From: Somniosus microcephalus
Lineage: Eukaryota
NCBI GenBank assembly: GCA_052327205.1
Contig: CM126206.1
Coordinates: 8,680,001-8,744,000 of the forward strand
Direction of reading: 5' to 3'
Length of the DNA stretch: 64,000 bases
Part shown: piece by piece, positions 1-13,517 of the stretch
Position numbering within the stretch: the stretch's first letter is position 1
Layout: the number at the start of each line of letters is the position of its first letter
Notes under the pieces: model-generated
Seen by the model: only the letters and a program-made list of their open reading frames with translations
Databases searched by the model: none
Told to the model about the DNA's origin: nothing
Position numbers and translations under genes: made by a program

Positions 1-311
1 AGTGGGAGGAGGTTTGTGTGGAGCATAAACACCGGCATGGACCTGTTGGGCCAAGTCGCCTGTTTTTGTGCTGTAAATACTTTAATACACAACAGTAGCA
101 AAACCATTTGAGTTTTTCCTGGAGAATCCACACGTTAACAGTGTCGACTGATCCGGCCTCATCGAATCCTGAGCTCTCCATTCCAGCAAGTACTCCTTCA
201 TATTGTTGTTTTCCCAATCCTGTTCTGTTTTATTATTGCATAATGTTACGATCATGACTTTCATGTCGCCTTTCAGTGACAGTTTTACACATCCTGATTG
301 AACAGTGTCAG

Positions 312-700
312 CCCTGGCTCAGTGGGCAGCACCCTCGCCTCTTGAGTCCCACTCCAGAGACTTGAGCACAAAAATCTAGGCTGACACTCCCAGTGCAGTG
401 CTGAGGGAGCGCTGCACTGTCTTTTGGATGGGATGTTAAACCGAGGCTCCGTCTGCCCCCTCGGGTGGATATAAAAGATCCCATGGCACTATTTCGAAGA
501 AGAGCAGGGGAGCTCTCCCTGGTGTCCTGGCCAATATTTATCCCTCAATCAACATCACTAAAACAGATTATCTGGTCATTATCTCATTGCTGTGCGCAAA
601 TTGGCTGCCACGTTTCCCTAAATCGCAACAGTGACTACACTTCAAAAAGTACTTCAAGCGCTTTGCGATATGAAAGGCACTACAGAAATGCAAGATTTTC
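312..700 (+). mobile_element. tRNA-derived DeuSINE (SacSINE1-like)
   Basis: tRNA-like head ggctcagtgggcagc; Deu-domain-like core aaagatcccatggcactatttcgaagaagagcagggg; L2-like tail; further copies at 10850, 44053 and 57190. Confidence 0.75.
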
Positions 701-1439
701 TATTTTCCGTCGATCAGATCCTTCGGATGGAGTCAGGTACAGAACTATCAAAGGCATTCTAACATTCCTGTGCACGCGTTACTCTTCCATCACCCGAGGC
801 TGCATTCCTTTCAGCAGATTCTGCCTTCCAGGGTGGCCCTTGCATCCTGCTGTTTATGTATCAATACAAGCACACCTAACCATCACACAATTGTCAGATC
901 TCTCCTGTGTCCCTGTGAAGATAGAAGACAAATAATCTACAAGATACCGTTCCATTCGCACCTACACACCTCCCAACATCTTGTTACAGGCTCTGTGCAT
1001 ATCAAATGGATAATCAAAACTGCTAGTGAGATCAGTTCCAATTGAAAAGTTCCTGAACACAATTAAATTAATATTTTTAAAAAATGAATGAATGAACCTT
1101 CGCTAACAATGGCCCCTCAATTACTAGAAACACTTGGTTTCCATCTACCCTATTCCATGTGTGTATATTTAGGCACATACACACACACACAGTCAAAGAG
1201 CAACCCAACACAGACTCTTGTGGCCCTCCTCTGATCGAAGCAACACTAACTCCGCACTACTCCAAGACTCCTTTGCTCTGCTACCAAACAGCTCGTTAAT
1301 CCCTTTCCTTACCCAATACAATAATACAAATCGCTTTATTGGCATGATAAGGTACATCTTATGTTGCCAAAGCATCAAAATACATTTATGGTTGAACACA
1401 TAAACGCGGTTCCATTCATACAGTGTATAAACAAGTATA

Positions 1440-2160
1440 TCCCTGAGTTTATAATTATATTTTCGCCTTGTTTATATATACTCTTGTCTTAGTTTACTGG
1501 TTGTCCCTCTGTTCATGGCAAGCTGTAACATAGTGTGCCGCCAGTGTTACACAGCTTCTCTCCTCCCCCAGTAGGAATGGGAGTTTTTGGTTGTCAGTCA
1601 GATTTCTGAATTCAGGGCATATTTGTGAGAATTTTTGATAGAAATTCTCTCTGATGCCCTGATATTTTCCACAGGCTGTGAGGAAGTGCATCTCTGTCTC
1701 AACTACTCCCTGACTGCAGTGAGAGCATATCCTGTCTTCTCTTGGCAGCCTGGTCTGCCTGTGTCTGCCTTTTTCGATCGCTAGGCTATGTTCGCTAAGT
1801 CTGTACCTTGTCAAGGTTCTTCTCAGTTTGTTATCCTTTACCATGGTCAGGTAATCAGCTATGTTGTATTGTCTGTTTAGGGCCAAGTAGCAATTGAGTT
1901 TGCTTTGGGTTTTTGTTGTTTCTGCCCAATATGACAGATATTTTTCCTTTTGCTTAGCGACGATTGTGTTGGGTCGAATTCTTTGTGTTACCCTGTCACT
2001 GTCCTGGGACTGGTTATTGTTAGTATTGTTATTAGTTACTTTATTGAGTCCCAGGACTAGTTGACTGAGGGTATTCTTCTTTATGGTCAGCTCTTGGCAT
2101 TTCAGGGCGTCGTAGTGATAGCATTGGGGGTTGCTCATTTGTAGGTGATTCCAAAACCCT
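1440..2160 (-). mobile_element. 3' fragment of a non-LTR retrotransposon (RTE-X-like C-terminal zinc-finger region)
   Basis: ORF 1494-2138 contains YRLSEHSLAIEKGRH...RICSHC...ETEMHFLTAC, a post-RT CCHC domain; clade assignment from memory. Confidence 0.7.
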
Positions 2161-2390
2161 CTCCACCACCATCTAGAACAAGTGTATTGAGCTCATGGAC
2201 TTCTTCAGCACCAAGATAGGAGCTATCTGTTCAGCTGCCTCTGCTGCTCACCACTACCCCTTTACGATTCCCTCCCTCGCCCTCCCCCCCCCCCCCGCCC
2301 CCCCTCCTCGCCCTCCCCCCCCCCCCCCCCCTCGCCCCCCCCCCCCCCTCACCCCTTCTCTCTCTCTCTCCCCCCACAACACGTTTAAAT

Positions 2391-2785
2391 GGGGTCCCTG
2401 CCCTGGGCCTGTGATCTGCCCCTCCCGTTAGTTGGGGTCTCTGCCCTGGGCCTGTGATCTGCCCCTCCTGTTGGTTGGTGTCCCTGCCCTGGGCCTGTGA
2501 TCTGCCCCTCCAGTTGGTTGGGGTCCCTGCCCTGGGCCTGTGATCTGCCCCTCCCGTTAGTTGGGGTCCCGGCCCTGGGCCTGTGATCTGCCCCTCCCGT
2601 TGGCTGGGGTCCCAGCCCTGGGCCTGTGATCTGCCCCTCCCGTTGGTTGGGGTCCCTGCCCTGGGCCTGTGATCTGCCCCTCCTGTTGGTTGGGGTCCCT
2701 GCCCTGGGCCTGTGATCTGCCCCTCCTGTTGGCTGGGGTCCCTGCCCTGGGCCTGTGATCTGCCCCTCCCGTTGGTTGGGGTCTT
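2391..2785. repeat. 43-bp minisatellite, about 9 copies
   Basis: Unit ggggtccctgccctgggcctgtgatctgcccctcccgttggtt. Confidence 0.9.
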
Positions 2786-3234
2786 TACTCTGGGCCTCCG
2801 TTCTGCCCTTTCTGTTCCCCTCCTGCTGTGTGGGCCTTCCTCAGTCCCTATCTTGCTCCAGTTTGTTCCACATTGTCCTTCTCCCTCTGCTCCTGAAGCC
2901 CCCTGGACTCTGGTTGTGTTGTAGTTCCATGCGTGCTGATCACTGGCCGTGCCCCACACCGTTTGGACATCCGCCAGTGCTGTTTGACCGTGCAATACCC
3001 TGTCCTCGTCCAGTGTCCACATGCACACACTCATTCACTCACTCACTCACTCCTGGGTCTGAGAATGCACACGACCATCGCTGGCCCCTCTCCTGTCATC
3101 CCAGCTGACGTTGAGTTAACTCCGAACCATGGTGCGTTTGTGTATAAACAGAATATTTAACTGCTGAACTATTGATATTGAAATGATCCAATTTGCAAAC
3201 AGGCCTCAGCTGCTTGCTCACCTAGTGTTACTGC

Positions 3235-4035
3235 ATAGGAGCAGGAGTAGGCCATTCGGCCCTTCGAGCCTGCTCCACCATTCAATGAGATCATGGCTGA
3301 TCATCCAAATTCAGTACCCTGTCCCTTCCTTCTCCCCATATCCCTTGATCCCTTTAACCTTAAGAAATATATCCAACTTTCTTGAATATATTTAATGAAC
3401 TGGCCTCCACCGCCCCCTCTGGCAGAGAATTCCACAGGTTCACCACTCTCTGGGTGAAGAAATTCCTCCTCATTTCAGTCCTAAATGGCTTACCCCTTAT
3501 CCTTAGACTGTGACCCCTGGTTCTGGACTCCCCGGCCATCAGAAACATCCTTCCTGCATCTAGTCTGTCCAGACCTGACAGAATTTTATAGGTTTCGATG
3601 AGATCCCCTCTCAATCTTCTAAACTCCAGTGAGTATAAGCCCAATCGACACAATCTCTCCTCACAGTCATTCCTGCCATCCCAGGTATCAGCCTGGTGAA
3701 TCTTCGCTGCACTCCTTCCATGGCAAGAACGTCCTTCCTCAGGTAAGGCGACCAAAACTGCGCACACTACTCAAGGTGCGGTCTCACCAAGGCCCTGTAC
3801 AACTGCAGTAAGACGTCCTTGTTCCTGTACTCGAAGCCTCTCGCTACGAAGGCCAACATACCATTTGCCTTCTTAACCGCCTGCTGCACCTGCATGCTTA
3901 CCTTCAGCGACTGGTGCACAAGGACACCCAGGTCTCTTTGCACTTCCCCTTCTCCCAATCTATTGCCATTCAAATAATAATCTGCCTTCATGTTTTTGCC
4001 ACCAAAGTGGATAACCTCACATTTATCCACATCAT
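3235..4035 (-). mobile_element. CR1 LINE 3' fragment
   Basis: DKCEVIHFG...LYRALVRPHLE and RRLRGDLIETYKIL...RNFFTQRVVNLWNSLP, plus the CR1 3' tail. Confidence 0.92.
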
Positions 4036-4145
4036 CATACTATTAAATCAATATTACAGTCATTGCTTCTACTCTGAACTGACCACTCATTCCTCCTAAA
4101 CTCTAAATCACATTCCTGTCCTCTCTCCCTCCTCTCACTGTTTCG

Positions 4146-4445
4146 GGAGCATCGTGGTTATGTTACTGGACTAGTAATCCAGAGGCCTGGACTAATGATC
4201 CGGAGAAGCTGGATTTGTTTTCATCAGAGCAAAGGAGGTTGAGGGGTGATTTGATCGAGGTGTACAAGATTATGACGGGTTTGGATAGGCTAGACAGGGA
4301 AAGGCTGTTCCCACTAGTTGATGGTACAAGGACTAGGGGACACAGATTTAAGGTTTTGGGCAAGAGATACAGGGGGGATGTGAGGAAAAACTTTTTTACG
4401 CAGCGAGTGGTGAGGACCTGGAACTTGCTGCCGACGGACGTGGAC
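4146..4445 (+). mobile_element. SINE head fused to a CR1 RT fragment
   Basis: ttactggactagtaatccagagg head followed by EQRRLRGDLIEVYKIM; the CR1 part is nearly identical to 16080-16320. Confidence 0.7.
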
Positions 4446-4854
4446 ACACTCATGTACGAATCTCATTGCTCCACCTCTCACTGTAACCGATTCTTTCCCA
4501 ATCTTCCCCTTCTCCGACAATCTACAGGCTGTTAAAATCCAAGCTTGGTGTCACCTAATTGCAAGCTTGTTGATTGGCTTCGCCTCCTCCCACTCTTTTC
4601 ACTGGCTTGATGTACTTTGTACTTTGGCCCTTCCGAGTTTTATATCCGACAGCTTACTACTTGGTATGATTATCCGTTTAGAACTGTTCCTCTTTCCGTT
4701 TGTTTAATTAGTAATGTCCTGGCTCCTCCAGATCTCCCGAACCTGGCAGTAACCTTTTATCGGGTATTGAGTGTTTCCCTCGTGTTCCTGATTATGAGCG
4801 ATTGTCGGAATTTTTGAGCCGCTTCCAATTCTCCTGTCGCTGCGGAACCCTTAT

Positions 4855-7800
4855 AAGAACATAATAAATAGGAGCAGGACTTGGCCATTCGGCCCCTCGA
4901 GCCTGCTCCACCATTCAGTAAGATCATGGCTGATCTTCAACCTCATCTCCACTTTCCTGCACTATCCCCATATCCCTTGATTCCATTAATATCCAAAAAC
5001 CTATCGATATCTGTCTTGAATATACTCAACGACTGAGCCTCCACAGCCCTCTGGGGTAGAGAATTCCAAAGATTCACCACCCTCTGAGTGAAGAAATGTC
5101 TTCTCATCTCAGTCTTAAATGGCCGACCCCTTATTCTGAGACTGTGACCCCATGTTCTAGATTCCCCAACCAGGGGAAACATCCTCCCAGCATTAACTTT
5201 GTCAAGCCCTTTAAGAATTTTGTATGTTTCAATGAGATCACGTCTCATTCTTCCAAACTCTAGAGTATATAGGCCGAGTCTACTCAATCTCAAACTATAT
5301 TGAATAGGCCCAGTCTACTCAATCTCTCCTCAGCCCCCCATCCCAGGAACCAGGCTGGTGAACCTTCGTTGCACTCCCTCTATGGCAAGTATATCCTTCC
5401 TTAGGTAAGGAGACCAAAACTGTCCACAATACTCCCGGTGTGGTCTCACCAGGGCCCTATATAATTGCAGTAAGACGACTTTACTCTTATACTCATTTCT
5501 CCAGTACTAATTTTTTACTAATACTAATTTCTTTCAGTTCCTCATTCTTGCTAGACCCTTGGTTCTCCACTATTTCAGGGAGTTTTTTTGCGTCTTCTTC
5601 CGTGAAGACAGACACAAAGTATTTGTTTAATTTCTCTGCCATTTCCTTATTCCCCATTATAATTTCTCCTGTCTCAGCCTGTAAGGGACCCACGTTTACT
5701 TTTGCTAATCTTTTCCTTTTTACATACCTATAGAAGGTTTTACAGTCTGTTTTTATGTCTCTCGCTAGTTTACTCTCATTCTATTTTCCCTTTATCAATT
5801 TCTTGGTCCTCCTTTGCTGAATTCTAAAATCCTCCCAATCCTCAGGCTTGCTACTTTTTTTGGCAACTTTATAAGCCTCTTCCTTTGATCTAATACTATC
5901 TTTAACTTCTCTTGTTAGCCACGGTTGGACTGCTTTTCCTGTGGGGTTTTTGTGCCTTAAAGAAATGTATATTTGTTGTAAATTATGTATTAATTCTTTA
6001 AATGCTAGCCATTGCTTGTCTACCGTCATACCTTTTAATGTAGTTTCCCAATCTACCTTAGCCAGCTCACCCCTCATACCTATATAGTTTGCTTTGTTTA
6101 GATTTAAGACCCTAGTTTCGGATTTAACCAAATCACTTTCAAACTCAATATAAAATTCTATCATATTACGGTCACTTGTCCCTAAAGGCCCCTTTACTAC
6201 AAGGTTATTAATTAACCCTTTCTCATTGTACAATACTAGATCTAAAATAACCTGTTCCCTAGTTGGTTCCTCAACATACTGATCCAGAAAACTATCTTGT
6301 ATACATTCCATGAATTTGTTCTCCACACTATTACTGCAAATTTAGTTTGCCCAGTCTATATGTAGATTAAAGTCCCCCATGATCACTGTATTACCCTTGT
6401 TACTGGTGCCTCTAATTTCCTGATTTATACTCTGTCCTACATTACAACTACTGTTTGGGGGCCTATAAACAACTCCCACCAATGTTTTCTGCCCCTTGCT
6501 GTTTCTTAGCTCCACCCAAACTGATTCTACTTCTTGATTTTCAGAGCTAAGATCCTTTCTCTCTACTGTCTTTATCCCATCCTTTATTATCAGGGATACC
6601 CCTCCTCCTTTTCCATTTTGCCAATCTCTTCTAAAAGTTAAGTATCCTGGAATATTTAGTTCCCAACCTTGGCCACATTGCGACCATGTCTCCGTTATGG
6701 CTATTAGATCAAACCTATTAATTTCTATCTGCGCTATCAATTCATCTATTTTGTTGTGAATGCTTCACGCATTCAGATATAGTTCCTTTAACTTTGACTT
6801 TTTTCTATTTTTCCCTGATGTCACCTCAGTCACTGATGCCCTATGACCTTTGTTACTCTCCGTCCCTTCCTGACCCTCTCTGCTTATTTTTACCCAAAAC
6901 TCTGCTCTGCTCTCGAGCCTTGACATTTCTCTCACTGCTTTTAAATTTACTCTTTCCTGAATCTCCCCCCCACAGTTCATTAGTTTAAAGCCCTGTCTAC
7001 TGCCCTGGTTATTTGGATCGCCAGGACGCTGGTCCCAGCCCGGTTTAAGTGGAGCCCGTCCCAACGGAACAGCTCCCTCTTTCCCCAGTCCTGGTGCCAG
7101 TGCCCCATGAACTGAAACCCCTTCCTCCCACACCACTCTTTGAGCCACACCTTCTAATCTGTTTGTCCCTATGCCAGTTTGCGCGTGGCTCAGGTAACAA
7201 TCCAGGGATTATTACCTTTGAGGTTCTGCGTTTTAATTTGGACCCCAACTCCTCAAATACTCTCAGCAGAACCTCATTCCTAGTTCTGTCTATGTCGTTG
7301 GTTCCTACGTGGACCACGACAACTGGATCCTCCTCTTCCCACTCCACATTCTTCTCCAACCGCGAGGAGATGTCTTTAACCCTGGCACCAGGCAGGCAAC
7401 ACAACCTTCGGAACTCCCGGTCGCAGCTGCAGAGCCCAGTATCTATCCCTCTGACTATACTGTCCCCTACCACAACTACATTCCCTTTCACTCCCCCCAC
7501 TTGAATGGCCTCCTGCACCATGGTGCCGTGGTCAGCTTGCTCATCCACCCTGCAGGCTTTTCACTCATCCACGCAGGCATCAAGAACCTCATACCTGTTG
7601 GATAAGGACAAATGCTGAGACTCCTCCAGCACTGTACCTGGGGTCCCCTTACCTGCCTGAGTTGCAGTCACGCCCTCCTGTCCCTGACCACGAACCAGAC
7701 CTGTACCACTGCCTAACCTAAGGGGTGTGACTGCCTCCTGGATCAAAGTGTCCAGGTAACTCTCCCCATCCCTGATTCCCCACAATGTCTGCACCTCAGA

Positions 7801-8140
7801 CTCCAGCTCAACAACGCTGAGCTGAAGTTCCTCAAGACGCAGGCACTTACTGCAAACATGACTGTCCGGGATCACAATGCTCTCCACAAACTCCCACATG
7901 CTGCAGTTGAGGCACAGCACCTGCACTGCCATCCCTATAGGACCCTGTTTTATTGAATTAAATTTAATTCAATTTGTATTTAAGTAACTTAGTTTACAGT
8001 GTAGTTTCTTGACTACTTGATCTAGATTAAGTTATGGGTACTGAAATTAAATATCTACCTGTAACACACAGCACTACAAGTAGTGGAGGCAAAAAGCAGC
8101 AACTCCTTCACGCTCTTCTCCAAATTCCCACTCTTTCCAA
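4855..8140 (-). mobile_element. CR1 LINE with ORF1 and an internally deleted ORF2
   Basis: ORF1 Cys-rich N-terminus (CLNC...CSKC) and SGNH-esterase-like VVGDSIVR...VHVGTND; APE endonuclease ITETW...YRPP...GDFN; most of RT is missing at about 5495; 3' tail at 4855. Confidence 0.9.
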
Positions 8141-9404
8141 ATTCCCAAATAAAACATTCTGTTTATAAGTGCACTCTGTTTAATGCCGCTCTGTGCAGAC
8201 TGCTGGATTAAAGCTTCAAAAGCTTTCATTGAAAATATTTAGTAGTGATTGAAAGGCATGTGTAAAATTCCTGTCTCGAGCGGAAATGAAGCTCCTTACA
8301 ACCCCTGAGGGTGTTTTTTTCCATCATTGTGCTGCACTTTAAAGTTTGAAAGTTAATTGTGGAAGCAATCACCAAGGAAATGAGAGGTCAACGACTTGTG
8401 TACGATGGTAGCACTAACTGACGCAGCGGTATCTCTCTGGGGGAGTGGTGGGCGGTTTCGGTTTTATTTCCAGCGCACACTGAATGTGGATGGGGTACAG
8501 TTCAAGGGCCCACCCAACCCACCGTCATTCCGCATGTGTGAATCTGTGAATAGGCTGTTCAAGGTAATGACAGCAGAGCCACCCCATGCTGTCCCTGTGC
8601 ATACCTACCTACAAGGGTCACTGGACGGTGATCAGGAGCAGCTACCTTATTCCTTATCCCCAGACCAGGACACTGAGACTACTTGTATTCCCGTAGGACT
8701 GCCATGTCTAAAATCGGCTCACTTGGGTATTGAACCAGAAACCCACATGCTCTGTGTGACTCGGTACCACACCATTCCATCAGCAAGGATGATTTATTAT
8801 TTTGAAGTAACCTTAGACACACGAGTGCTTTACCGCAGAGAGTGGTTAAGGCAAAGACCATTGCATCTCTTAAAGGAGAAGTAGATAAACATTTGAAGCA
8901 GAAGCAGACAGGACCTTGGAGAGATCAGGGCAAAGAGCTGGGATGGGCCGAATGGCCTCCTCCTGTGCTGATGGGTGATTGTGGATTATAGAAAATGTTC
9001 TTTTAAGTCTTAACCACTGCCTGGTTGTGCAGTTGGATCATTATGGAATCATTTCCTTGGGGGTGTCCACTCTAGGGTCCACCGGCTGTAGGTGAGCCCG
9101 CAAACCCAAGCAGCCTGGGCCAAGATGCCCAAGCAACTCCGCTTCTATTTCCACTTCAATTCCTTATTTGCTGGTTCGCCCTGTTTAAGTTTCATCGAAG
9201 ATAGGAGCAGGAGTAGGCCATTCGGCCCCTCGAGCCTGCTCCGCCATTCAATGCGATCATGGCTGATCACCCAAACCCAGTACCCTGTCCCTGCCTTCTC
9301 CCCATATCCCTTGATCCCTTTAGCCTTAAGCTAAACCTTTAGCCTTCATGTGCCTGAAGGTTTGGAACGGGCTGTCCTTTACGCTGTTGCCTCGTCAGTA
9401 ACTC

Positions 9405-9630
9405 CTAGGTTCACTAATGTCCTTTAGGGAAGGAAACCTGCCATCCTTACCCAATCTGGGCCTATATGTGACTCCAGTCCCACACCAACGTGGCTGACCC
9501 TTAACTGCTGCCTCGCAAGGCACTCCGTTGTATTAAGCAGAAGAATGCAGCCCATCACCACCCACTCAGCAACCAGGGACAGGCAATACATGCTGGCCTT
9601 GGCAATGACACCCACATCCTGAGAACACAC
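9405..9630 (+). mobile_element. SINE fragment with LINE-derived tail
   Basis: ggttcactaatgtcctttagggaaggaaacctgcc core (reverse copy at about 46940-47190); tail gctggccttggcaatgacacccacatcc matches the LINE 3' end at about 50140. Confidence 0.65.
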
Positions 9631-10109
9631 TAACAATACCATAGTGTGTCTGTCTCAGCAGCTTGAGGTACATCCACATTAATGGGAACAGGAGGAGATC
9701 ACAAAGAGACCCCTGCTCTCTCTGCATCCTCCAGTATTCCTCATTTCCCCATCTTTGTTCTCCTTATTCCATATGAGTGAATTGCAAAACGGATCAGTGT
9801 GCACTGTAACCAGTTTCCTGTTTCTATCTGTATTCTTTGTTCACTTCTTAAAACTCATTTTCACCTACTTGGAGGTGCTGCCACAGTCAGGAGGTAGGAA
9901 ACAGACCTGTCCACCACACCCCCTCACTGTGCTGCTGTGTTCTGGGGTAGGATCACTTGCTGAACCTCCCCCGCCCCCTTCTGGCCTGTGCGGAGTTGAT
10001 CTCGGCCGTGTAGACGGTAGGGGTGATGCAAGTGATCTCGGCCCCCTCAGGGCTAGGGGAAAAACAACATTTAGCCAGGGTACCTGCTCTTTTTTTTTTG
10101 AACGGTGCA

Positions 10110-10315
10110 TGATGTAAGAAAACTACGAGGCACTTGGTCTAAGCGTTAAACAAAGCTTTAATCAACTGTTTTTCAACACGGAGATCTAGTTGTGTCCTTC
10201 ACTAGTTCCTGTTAAAGAATGCCCACGTATTTATACTCTCCCTGGACAGCGCCACCAGCAGGCCGCCCAGTATTACTTCATAAGTCATTTCCACATGAAT
10301 GACATTCATGTCACA
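10110..10315 (-). mobile_element. Solo LTR (206 bp, Gypsy-like)
   Basis: TG...CA ends; 5-bp direct repeat GTGCA at 10105-10109 and 10316-10320; TATAAA and ATTAAA on the minus strand. Confidence 0.7.
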
Positions 10316-10544
10316 GTGCATATGTTCTCTTGGCTAAGGGCATTATTGGGTTTGGCTGCCTTTCCCCCTGGCGGCCAAACAGACTGCTGGCACTTGCTGT
10401 GAAGTGAACAGTGGCTAGGGGCTTACAGGATGCTAGGCATATATAGAACCGCACCCCAGAACAGACTCGATGGGCCGAATGGCCGCCTCCTGTGCTGTAC
10501 TATTCTATGATTCTAAGTGTTGGCACTTTCAGCAGAGGAGGGAG

Positions 10545-11380
10545 GAGATTCTGGATCGGGGTTTAGAGGGTTAAATTATGAGGCGAGGTTGCATAAACTT
10601 GGCTGGTTTTCCCTTGTGTTCAGAAGGTCGAGGGGTGATCTGATTGAGGTGCATAAAATGATCAAGCAATGCAATAGGGTAGATAGAGAAAAAACTATTT
10701 CCTCTGGTGGGGGAATCCACAACAAGGGGCCACAATCTTCAGATCACAATCTTAGAGCTAAATCTTTTAGGAGTGAAATCAGGAAGGGTAGTGGAAATCT
10801 GAAACCTTTCCCTCAAAGGGGGATCAATTGAAATTTTCAAGACTGAGATCGTGGCTCAGTGGGCAGCACCCTCACCTGAGTCAGCAGGTTGTGGGTTCAA
10901 GTCCCACTCCAGAGACTAGTCCCACTACAGAAATCTAGGCTGCACTGGCGGAGGTGCCGTCTTTTGGATGAGACGTTAAACCGAGGCCCCGTCTGCCCCC
11001 TCAGGTGGACGTAAAAGATCCCACGGCACTATTTCGAAGAAAAGCAGGGGAGTTACCCCGGTGTCCTGGGGCCAATATTTATCCTTCAATCCACATCACT
11101 AACACAGATTAGCTGGGTCATTATCACATTGCTGTTTTGTGCGCAAATTGGCTGCCGTGTTTCCTACATTACAACAGTGACCACACTTCAGCAAAGGACT
11201 TCATTGGCTGTCACGTGCTTTGGGGCGTCCGGTGGTCGTGAAAGGTGCTATAGAAATGCACGTCTTTTTTTAATAGATTTTTGTTGGGTAAGAGTATCGA
11301 GGGACATGGAGTTGAGGTACAGATCAGCCATGATCTAATTGAATGGCGGAGCAGACTCGAGGGGCTCCGGTGTTCCTCGA
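10545..11380 (+). mobile_element. Degenerate CR1 3' fragment interrupted by a DeuSINE (about 10850-11270)
   Basis: RRSRGDLIEVHKMIK fragment; SINE head gtggctcagtgggcagc through its tail; the CR1 tail resumes at about 11273. Confidence 0.75.
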
Positions 11381-11506
11381 TCACGTCAAAGGAGTTGCGG
11401 CACTGACGGGGTTAAGTCCGAAGCGCTCTAACTCCAACACTTGAAAGCTGTGTGTATTGCACAACTGCGCCTTTATTGACAGCTTTTTTTTCTCGTTCTC
11501 CCTCAG

Positions 11507-11578
11507 CATCTCGATGTACTGACTGCAAGAAGGCAAGCTGAAACATGGCCAGCGGATCAGTCACCCGGAGACACAAAG
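11507..11578 (+). other. Candidate 5'UTR exon of PPP1R16A
   Basis: Branch-like ttgac, long pyrimidine tract and cctcag acceptor; AAG|GTGTGG donor (alternative TGG|GTAACA 6 nt further); unique sequence about 1 kb upstream of the ATG. Confidence 0.5.
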
Positions 11579-12549
11579 GTGTGGGTAACATTTCCTGTCT
11601 AATTTAAACCCGACCGACTCCCAACTCTACACCTTCCACTCCACCAAACATTGTTAATCACCGAACAGAGGAGGCGACGTGTACAGAGATCTTCACCGCA
11701 ACCCTGGCCAGGGTGGATGCTCACCTGGAAATTATTTTATGAGGGGGGGGGGTGGGAAAAAATCAACCTCGCAGGCACCCAAGAAGGGTTGAGGCTGTTG
11801 GAAGCAACCCTGTGAAGAACGGACTAGCTAATCAACTCGGTGACCATATTCTCCCAGAACTATACGCGAGGAGACCCTGAGTTACCGCACTCTGGGGGAA
11901 AATCCCCTCCGAGAACAGCCATTCCTCCGCACGTCCTTTAGTGCAGTTTCCCGTGTTTGTTAACGGACTCGGCACAACCGTGGGGTAAACGTGTCCCTGG
12001 CCTGTGCTTAATGCCTTCCTCCCAGCTTCAGCAGCGCTGACTGGATTCCATTGTGTCGGGGAGGGGGGGGCCATTTTCACACCACTCTAGTGACTGTAAA
12101 AGGCCTTTCAGCAGCTGTTGTGTCGTAAATGCCCCCTTGTCTTTCGAGCACGGGCTCCTCGGGAGGAGGAGGGAAGTTTGTTGGATCTGACTGATGCTGC
12201 AGTTTGATGTTTGATGTCTGACAACAGTAACAATATTTATGGTGTTTCTGCACTTCCCCTCGATTGACTTGGGATATTTTGAATGAATAATCTGCAGAGT
12301 TGTTTTCGTTCTCTTTTTGGTTGATGTACACAAGGACACAAACTGAAGAGCTGGGGAAGTGGCTAACTATCGACACTGAGCTTGACTTGAGAGAGGACGA
12401 TACCATTGTGGCAGAATCCAGCGTTATCCTGGACGGCATCATTCTATTTGGTCTCGAAGGATATGTGACGAGACAACAGAGCAAGAGTCCATTCACTTGG
12501 TTCTGCTGTGGCGACGGGGGGGCGTGTCTTTTGGCTCCGACGTAAATAA

Positions 12550-12906
<357 letters not shown>

Positions 12907-12974
12907 TAGTTACCACTGGCAACTGCAGGTGCTTCACCGAGGAAGGGTACTTTTTAAAATCTTTTTTATATGGC

Positions 12975-13497
12975 CATTTTAATTGCCCTTGAGAAGGTGG
13001 TGGGAGGGAGTTCCAGGACTTTGACCCAGCGACAATGAAGGAAAGGCGATATAATTCCAAGGATAGTGTGTGACTTGGAGGGGAACTTGGAGGTGGTGGA
13101 GTTCCCATGCGCCTGTTGCCCTTGTCCTTCTAGGTGGTAGAGATTGAAAAAGTCTTGGCGAGTTGCTGCAGTGCATCTTGTAGATGGTACACACTGCAGC
13201 CACAGTGCGCCGGTGGTGGAGGGAGTGAATGTTGAAGGTGGTGGATGGGGTGCCAATCAAGCGGGTTGCTTTGTCCTGGATGGTGTCGAGCTTCTTGAGT
13301 GTTGTTGGAGCTGCACTCATCCAGGCAAGTGGAGAGTATTCCATCACACTCCTTACTTGTGCCTTGTAGATGGTGGAATGTCTTTGGGGAGTCAGGAGGT
13401 GGGACACTCGCTGCAGAATACCCAGCCTCTGACCTCTTGTTGCCACAATATTTATGTGGCTGGTCCAGTTAAGTTTCTGGTCAATGTTCTTGGGGGT
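12975..13497 (-). mobile_element. LINE RT C-terminal fragment (same family as 47210-50190)
   Basis: QKLNWTSHINIVATRGQRLGILQRVSHLLTPQ...YKAQVRSVMEYSPLAW. Confidence 0.85.
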
Positions 13498-13517
13498 CAA
13501 GGGAAAGCCCAAACCCA

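Noticed and set aside
312-360. tRNA-like sequence (also at about 10850, 16795, 44053 and 58380)
   Set aside because: SINE heads joined to SINE bodies; no complete cloverleaf.
82-935. Possible exons of a neighbouring gene (ORF 82-264; minus-strand acceptor near 914)
   Set aside because: No recognisable protein similarity and no consistent splice pairs.
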